In this document: piece after piece, positions 57,877 to 64,000 of the stretch
Layout: each line of letters begins with the position of its first letter
Position numbering within the stretch: the first letter of the stretch is position 1
Program-made: the position numbers and the translations under genes
Assembly (NCBI GenBank): GCA_918797485.1
Contig: CAKKNE010000005.1
Coordinates: forward strand, 3,162,001-3,226,000
Direction of reading: 5' to 3'
Length of the DNA stretch: 64,000 nt
From: Pelagomonas calceolata
Lineage: Eukaryota
The notes under the pieces: generated by a model
Seen by the model: only the letters and a program-made list of their open reading frames with translations
The model's database searches: none
What the model was told of the DNA's origin: nothing

Positions 57877-59988
57877 ATGATGCGCCGCCTCTCCCGCCTG
57901 GCGCCGCGCTCCACCAGCACAGAACGCTTGGCGCCGCGACGCACGCGAGCCTACAACTTCGCGAGCAGCCAGTACAATGCCGCCTTCGGAGACCTGCCAC
58001 CCGTCGACCGCGACAAGCTGCGGAAAGACGCGATCGCCTACTGTGAGCGCTTCGACGCACAGAAGTGGTACGACGACCCCGTCGCGACGTGCATCGCTGG
58101 AAAGCCCGTCGAAAGCGGCGAGAGCGGGCCCACGTACGACAATTTTGGGAGGGAGAACGGTATTGTATTACATGGTGATATCGATGGTCTCCTCGACCAC
58201 CTGCGGGACTTTGATGGGGTAAGGGACCAGCGGACTTCTGTGAGGAGTGTGGAGCGGGCCCTCTTCACGGACCACGCGGCGGCGTTGATCGGGAACCAGA
58301 CGCTGGACTTTGGGAAGCAGGACGGCGTGACGGAAATCGAGGAGGCGCTCGAGGCTTCAGAGGTCGAGCGGCGGCTGGTGGACCAACTGTTGGATGACGA
58401 GGAGAGGGGCGTTCTATGCATTGAAAGAGCACCGGTGCTCGTCGCGTGCGTGTCGAACTTCTCGAACTTCTTGGATTTGTCGCGGAAGACGCTGCGCAAC
58501 TTAGAATGTGGTATACCCGTTGTGGTACTGTCAAGGACGGGCTCGACCACCCAATACCCGTACCGGTGGTACCAATTACTAATAGAGGAGATGGCGCGCC
58601 ACGGTGTGGATACAAAGTACGCGTCCTTCGCCAGCGTGTCTCTGGAGAAACAGATCGAGCTCTGTCGAGCTCTGGGCGACGCGTCGCCGCTGCACATCAC
58701 GTCTTCAAGGCAAACTGCTCTAAACTGCAACGCCTCCCATAATAACGTCATCGCGTCGACGGGCGGCCCGAACACGATGGTCGTCGCCGGAGCGCTCGAC
58801 GGCGCGACGGGCGCGTTATTGCGGGACAGCGCGACGATCGAGCACGCGGGCCAGTGCACGGCGCTGCGCGTCGCCGTGCTGGACGCGCGCCACGTTGCAC
58901 CAGACGCGGTACATGAGGCGCTGCGCGGCGCCGCGGCGCCGGCGACGGCGACCGACGCGCTGGCCACGGACGTCTACGCGGGCCTCTTCCCGGGCGCGCC
59001 GTCGACGTCGTGGGGCGAGGACTACGTGGACTGCGACCGCGTCAACGTGAAGACGAGCGAGGCCATGCCGGTCGGGCACTTAGATGAGGGCTGGCGCCAG
59101 CCCGTCGTCGACTTGAGTATTGCGAAAGACTTCGGCAGCGACGCCCACGTGTTGGACGTATCAAACTGGCTTGTCCAGAGGCAGCCCATTTCCCTCGCGG
59201 TGAACGGCGACCTCGCGCTCTCTGTCAAGCTGTGGGAGCGCACGGCGATGGTCGTCGTGACGGTCGGCGGTTGTGATGGGCGGCCGCCGGCGTCGACGTG
59301 CCAAGCTAGACCGCAGGACGGCGAGATCTTCGGCGAGGTGCCGCCGCGCAAAGAACTTCGAGAGCACACGCGGTTCCCCGTCTACGTGCCGAGCGCGGCG
59401 CCGGCCTACAACGCGTCCTACGATGCTTCGTATCTGAAGACGCGGAGCGACGCGCCGTTCCCATCAAGCGTCGCGGCCTTGATGGAGAGAGTGGAGGATG
59501 CTACTGTAAGGGGCTACTGCTCAATCTTGGTCGACTATCTGCGAGACGCCTGCGGCCCGCGGCCCGGGCCCGGGAAGGCCCGGGAGACGCTGTACGGCTG
59601 GCAGCGGCCGCCGTTGCATCTCAAGACGGCGTTCCGGCTGGCCGCTTCTGCCTCCCTAGACGACGTCACTCCGGCCATCGCATTATTCCTCGCGACGAAT
59701 GCGCGCGACCAGCTCGTCGTTTCTGTCGAGGCGGGCGGCGATGCGCTTGTCGATGCCTTATCAAGCTGCGGCGTGGACGCGAAGGTCGAAGAGCGCTTCG
59801 AGGCGGACGTGTACTACGACGCCGTCTCCGGTGCTGATTTGAGGGACCGCTTCGCTACGTACCCGCTGGCGCAGCAGTTCGCCTCGCTGTTCCTCACTGT
59901 CGGCCACGCGAAGTCGACGCTAGGAAAGGACGAGGCGTTCGTCGCGGCGTTTTCCGCGTCGCCGAAGTGGCTGCGGGTTGTGGAGTAA
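57877..59988 (+). CDS. Divergent aldehyde-dehydrogenase-fold protein (P5CDH/PutA-like motifs), mitochondrial-type leader
   Basis: VSNF; IASTGGPNTMVV; HAGQCTALRV; GEIFGEVP. Confidence 0.65.
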   Translation: MMRRLSRLAPRSTSTERLAPRRTRAYNFASSQYNAAFGDLPPVDRDKLRKDAIAYCERFDAQKWYDDPVATCIAGKPVESGESGPTYDNFGRENGIVLHGDIDGLLDHLRDFDGVRDQRTSVRSVERALFTDHAAALIGNQTLDFGKQDGVTEIEEALEASEVERRLVDQLLDDEERGVLCIERAPVLVACVSNFSNFLDLSRKTLRNLECGIPVVVLSRTGSTTQYPYRWYQLLIEEMARHGVDTKYASFASVSLEKQIELCRALGDASPLHITSSRQTALNCNASHNNVIASTGGPNTMVVAGALDGATGALLRDSATIEHAGQCTALRVAVLDARHVAPDAVHEALRGAAAPATATDALATDVYAGLFPGAPSTSWGEDYVDCDRVNVKTSEAMPVGHLDEGWRQPVVDLSIAKDFGSDAHVLDVSNWLVQRQPISLAVNGDLALSVKLWERTAMVVVTVGGCDGRPPASTCQARPQDGEIFGEVPPRKELREHTRFPVYVPSAAPAYNASYDASYLKTRSDAPFPSSVAALMERVEDATVRGYCSILVDYLRDACGPRPGPGKARETLYGWQRPPLHLKTAFRLAASASLDDVTPAIALFLATNARDQLVVSVEAGGDALVDALSSCGVDAKVEERFEADVYYDAVSGADLRDRFATYPLAQQFASLFLTVGHAKSTLGKDEAFVAAFSASPKWLRVVE

Positions 59989-60713
59989 ATTTATGAAATT
60001 GGTCCCTTGCCTGCTTCTTAAACGTCCAGAGGACTCGTTATCCGCCGCATGATGATGCCGTCGCCGCCAATCGACGCGATTTAGAATGGCGCGGGTTTTG
60101 CCGGGCCGAAAATCGTTGAGGTGCTGTCCTGGAGGTCCCTGAGGTCTCCTACGCCCTCCGACAGCTCCCTTTGGTGCTTCTAAGGCAGCCGAGGATACTA
60201 GAGGGTACTAGCTTTGACGTCCCAAGCTCCTGCAAGCTAGCCGATTGCCTGAGTGTGCACCCGTGTCAGACGCCCGCAGACCCTCTGCGATAGCTATTTC
60301 CAGAGCTTGAGATGGTCTGAGAACGTATCTGCAGCCACACCGCCGGCCCTTGACCAGCCGCTTCCCTTAGATCGCTTGCTACTTCAGCCGCGCCGCGGGC
60401 GTCGTACGGGCTCGCGCGCTTCGGATGTAGCCGCCAAAGGGCTTCTAAGCAGTGCTGGTCGCACCGAGACAAAAAATCTCGCAGCGATTAGCCCGAGAAC
60501 CCCTCGTTTGGCGGCGACGGTCCGAGTCGCACGAGGCCGCTCCGGCGGCTGCGGCGACGGCTCGAGGCGGCAGCATCCAGCCGCCGCAGGGAAGGCAAGC
60601 GCGCCGGTCGCGGCACTCCGGTCGCGTTACGCTCTCACACACACCGCGCCGACGCCCCACACAACGCACAACCGCTCACCGCCTCCCCTTCCCCCGCAGA
60701 AAAACTCCCGAGG

Positions 60714-61109
60714 ATGAAGCTCGTCGCCCTCCTCTTCGCCGGCGCGTCGGCCCTCGCGCCCTCGAGGCGCGCGTTCCTTTCCAAGGTCGCCGGCGCGGCG
60801 ACGGGCGCCGCCGTGGCCGCGCCCGCGCTCGCGGACACGGACTACGCGGGCCTGCCGTACCTCGGCGGCTCGGAGAAGATCGACGTCAACAACGCGAACG
60901 TCCGCGTCTACGCGAAGCTCCCGGGCATGTACCCCGGCGCCGCCGGCAAGATCGTCACGCACGGCCCCTACAAGTCGGTCTCGGAGATCTACGCGTTCAT
61001 GAACGAGAAGGAGAAGGCGGCCACGAAGAAGTACGAGTCGCGCCTCATCACGCTCGAGCCGTCGGCGATGTACGTCATCGACCGCGTCAACAACGGCCTC
61101 TACCGCTAG
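60714..61109 (+). CDS. psbU: Photosystem II 12 kDa extrinsic protein PsbU
   Basis: KIDVNNANVRVYAKLPGMYPGAAGKIV..GPY..DRVNNGLYR; signal peptide plus RRAFL..ALA leader. Confidence 0.96.
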   Translation: MKLVALLFAGASALAPSRRAFLSKVAGAATGAAVAAPALADTDYAGLPYLGGSEKIDVNNANVRVYAKLPGMYPGAAGKIVTHGPYKSVSEIYAFMNEKEKAATKKYESRLITLEPSAMYVIDRVNNGLYR

Positions 61110-61189
61110 ACACTGTGAGCGCCGCCGGCGGGTGGGAGCGCGGCAATAAAAGCGATTGAACTCTATCAACAGACATTGGTTAGTCGCGG

Positions 61190-62122
61190 CTAGTACCTCC
61201 CGTAGCCGTAGTAGCTGTACGGCTCGCCGCAGTCGCTCGCCCAGTGGCCGCGCCCGCCGCAGCGGTAGCAAACATCATTCGCGCGAGAGTCGTCGTCGGA
61301 CTCCTCCTCCTCCTCGGACTCGTCGGACTCGTCCTCGTAGTCGACGTCGGAGTCCTGTGGGGCCGATTCCGGCGGCGAGAACTCGGGCTCCTCCTCATCG
61401 TCGGAGTCCGGCGCCCCCGTTAGATCGACGTCGACCGCCTGCTGTGGCGAAGGCGCCGGCGCCGGCGCCGGCGCTACCGCCGCCTCGAACCGAAATCGCC
61501 GGCCGCAGATCTCGAAGACGTCTCCGCTATTCACCTCACGCGCCTCCTTCGGCTTGAGCGTCTCGCCACGTAACACAGTGGTGTTCGCGGCCCGGGCGTG
61601 GTTCTGTAGTGTTGCGTGCCCGTCCACCGTCAGCTCCGCGTGGAGGCGCGAGCAACGAGCTACCGGGACGCGCACGTCGTTGTCGAGCGCGCGGCCAAAT
61701 TTCAGCGTCTCGTGCAGGGGCACGCGCTCGCCGTCGGCGCCGTCGCTCTTCAGGACGCAGACGTATCCCAATGGTGGGGGCGCGTCCGAGGCGTCGTCGT
61801 CGACCTCTAGCACGTCGCCCTCCTGCTCCGCTCGCTGGCGGTTCGCTTCGGCGCGCTCTTCTGCTGTTTGGACGCCTACGAGTTCGAAGTCCTGGCTGTC
61901 TTCGCTCTTGCGTGGCTTTGCCGCGATGGCCCGTGCGTGTGCCGCCGTCGTGTCGCGCGTCTTGCCGTCGTCGTCGAAGCTCACGTCGTCGAGCCGGCTC
62001 CGCCGCCGCGCCTTATTCTGGCGGACGAAATCAGCGGTCGCCTCCTCCGCTTCCTCGTCCCTATCCGAGGCTTTTTTCTTTTTGCGCGCAGTCGACTTCT
62101 TGGCGGCTTTCTTACGCGCCAT
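61190..62122 (-). CDS. FHA-domain + CCHC zinc-knuckle protein
   Basis: FGRALDNDVRV...CSRLHAEL (Ki-67-like FHA); CYRCGGRGHWASDC. Confidence 0.85.
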   Translation of the reverse strand: MARKKAAKKSTARKKKKASDRDEEAEEATADFVRQNKARRRSRLDDVSFDDDGKTRDTTAAHARAIAAKPRKSEDSQDFELVGVQTAEERAEANRQRAEQEGDVLEVDDDASDAPPPLGYVCVLKSDGADGERVPLHETLKFGRALDNDVRVPVARCSRLHAELTVDGHATLQNHARAANTTVLRGETLKPKEAREVNSGDVFEICGRRFRFEAAVAPAPAPAPSPQQAVDVDLTGAPDSDDEEEPEFSPPESAPQDSDVDYEDESDESEEEEESDDDSRANDVCYRCGGRGHWASDCGEPYSYYGYGRY

Positions 62123-62293
62123 AGCAGCTCTCCGGTTAGCCGAGTTTCAAAAGCATTTAAAGCTGCCCGTGATCTCCGTGGTGCCGCAGCGCTGCAGCGC
62201 TCAGATGGACTTGCTGGGCTGCTGCTCACAGCGGCTCAAGTCTTTGCCACACGCAGTTACACTCGTACCTCTTTTTTTTGCCCAGGCCTCCGA

Positions 62294-62317
62294 GCTAGCG
62301 GCATGTAAGACACTAGC
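62294..62317 (+). promoter_or_regulatory. CTAG-bounded upstream element, copy 10
   Basis: gctagcggcatgtaagacactagc, about 170 bp upstream of the FHA gene start. Confidence 0.7.
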
Positions 62318-63656
62318 AGGCAAGCAGGAACGACATGCAGCCGTTTGAGTATCGTTCGGTTCGCTAATGGTCCAAAGAGAGCAATGGGACACTTCTTGGG
62401 GGCCGAAAAAATTAATTTTTTTAATTCGCGAAATTGACGACGCCGCCATGGCGGCCGCGCCGGCTGAATCCTGTCGATTCGTGGTCCTGAGGTCTCCCCG
62501 AGGTCGCCTAGGATCCAAACTAGACATGGGCAATCGCCTACGCCGCATGCGTGGCCACTTCCATCGGTATATACATATGGCAAATCTCCCAGCCAGACAA
62601 ATCACTTGCCCATGATTTGCCAAAGATTTCGATCCAGAGCTCTCTGGCGAGCCCTAAGAACTGGCGCATGCGGTGTAGGCGACCATACGACCTTAGATCT
62701 ATCCCGGAGGGCGTCCACGAGCCGATCTACCCGCGAAAAAAGTGTGCAAGTTGGGCCCGATGGCGCCGCGTTCCCGTCAAAAACGTCAATTACCCGAGGG
62801 GCCCCAGGAATCGTAATAGCGGTCTCGTTGGACCCCATACTACCCCACCGATAGTCAATTACAAGTATATGAGTTCTACACGGCGAGAAGGGTACTTTGG
62901 GCTGCTCACGCTCGGGACGTGAACATCTTGATCTGGACCTCGCGCAAGTCGGTCGATCATGGAACAAATGATCGCGTCATGGTCCATGGTGATGGTACAC
63001 GCGCTGATGGTCGTAGGTTCAAGTGGTTTGCCCATTATGAGCCAGATCGTGGGCCCGCAAGACCGAGGACCCGCGCCGAGCATCTTGGGGTCTCGGAGCA
63101 ATGTAGTACACGCTCAGGCCGGTTATCTGGCCCGTCCCACTACTAAAGCGCCTGAAACGCAAATTTATTTTACAAACCACCGGTCTGGGGCCTTTTTGGT
63201 GCTCCGTCAACGTACCGTCGTCCGCGGAGAACGGGCAAGTCGATCGATTGTGAATAGAACAACGGCGTTATGGTCCACCTGGATGGTGTCGTCGCTGATA
63301 CTCGCGGGTCCAAGTTCTGAGCTTGTCTAGACATAAACGTAGGCTCGCGGATTCGCCGAACCGCAAGGCTCCAATGGAGCACTTAATCGTGCTCGCTGTC
63401 GTCCAGGCGGCCTAGATGGAATCTACCATCAACAAACGGAAGGAAACGAACATAAAATCGGGAGTTGTCTAGTAGAATTCTTTTCCCGCCCTCCGAGCGC
63501 CGGCTGTCGGCTCCGGTTCCGTCGAACTTGTATGAAAACTGGGCCGGAGTTGATATAATGCACTAATCGGATGGGAGATGGCGGCGTCAATCGCTGGTGT
63601 ATTTTGGCGAGCCGCAAGACCTAGTGAGCTAGCGTATCGACATACTAGTTGCGGCG

Positions 63657-63680
63657 ATAAATAAATAAATAAATAAATAA
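63657..63680. repeat. (ATAA)6 microsatellite
   Basis: Seen directly. Confidence 0.95.
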
Positions 63681-63900
63681 TTAAGGAAGGAATATCCTAA
63701 AGAAAAGGACATACACCAAGCCTCTAGAGGCCTTCTCCCTGCGCGGCTAGGATACCCAGCCGGCGCCTAAAAAGAGACGTAAAAAAACGGTAGAGCAAAT
63801 TCTCAATCTCCTGGGGCGAATCATCTCCCATCAACAAAGCCAGGCAATCCGCGTTCGTTATGTTGCGCGAAAGACTACGAAAGACTACGAAAGACATTAC

Positions 63901-63999
63901 TCACCGATCGAAGAACACGCAGACGACGGAAACGTCGTCGGTCGAGCCAAGAGCCGCCGCGCGCGACGCGAGCGCCGCCGCGACTTGCGCCGCGGACCG
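63901..63999 (-). CDS. 3' end of a probable PP2C-family phosphatase (truncated by window edge)
   Basis: Own translation RSAAQVAAALASRAAALGSTDDVSVVCVFFDR* matches the PP2C C-terminal GSxD(N/D)xSV motif. Confidence 0.65.
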   Translation of the reverse strand, partial: RSAAQVAAALASRAAALGSTDDVSVVCVFFDR

Positions 64000-64000
64000 C

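Noticed and set aside
1270..62317. CTAG element as CRISPR repeats or Helitron 3' ends
   Set aside because: Copies are kilobases apart with no spacer array or cas genes. CTAG is followed by C rather than the T target, and there is no consistent upstream GC hairpin.
247..62348. Numerous long overlapping antisense or alternative-frame ORFs in the track (e.g. 247-993, 5355-6242, 53720-54787, 58038-58967)
   Set aside because: Arg/Ala/Ser-rich shadows of real genes, expected at this GC content; no motifs.
1..64000. Autonomous transposase, reverse transcriptase, viral genes, tRNA or rRNA
   Set aside because: No recognisable motifs seen; any enzyme mobilising the introner-like elements is not in this window.

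Overview
Gene-dense, GC-rich, almost intronless eukaryotic nuclear DNA. Nuclear psbU, lumenal FKBP and CtpA genes with signal-type leaders, a selenoprotein and introner-like introns point to a photosynthetic stramenopile, most likely a pelagophyte (Pelagomonas/Aureococcus-like); this assignment is inference. About 40 protein genes are present, including MLH1, UTP13, AP-4 mu, anoctamin, a ZIP transporter, two class-V aminotransferases, nitronate monooxygenase, an ORC3-like protein and BolA. Signals the ORF track does not explain: (1) a conserved 22-26 bp GCTAGCG..GTAAGACACTAGC element in 10 copies, found only upstream of genes and mostly between divergent genes; (2) short introns built like DNA transposons, with terminal inverted repeats (TIR) and 8-9 bp target-site duplications (TSD) that supply the donor site (one GC donor), plus related non-intron copies; (3) an unannotated CxxU selenoprotein with an in-frame TGA and a SECIS; (4) a head-to-head pair of MYND-RINGv-TPR paralogs with conserved ends and a diverged middle; (5) MLH1 with an SH3 domain, tandem repeat and Zn-ribbon in its linker; (6) a possible aminotransferase/nitronate monooxygenase cluster. 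All calls come from reading motifs by eye; no searches were run.
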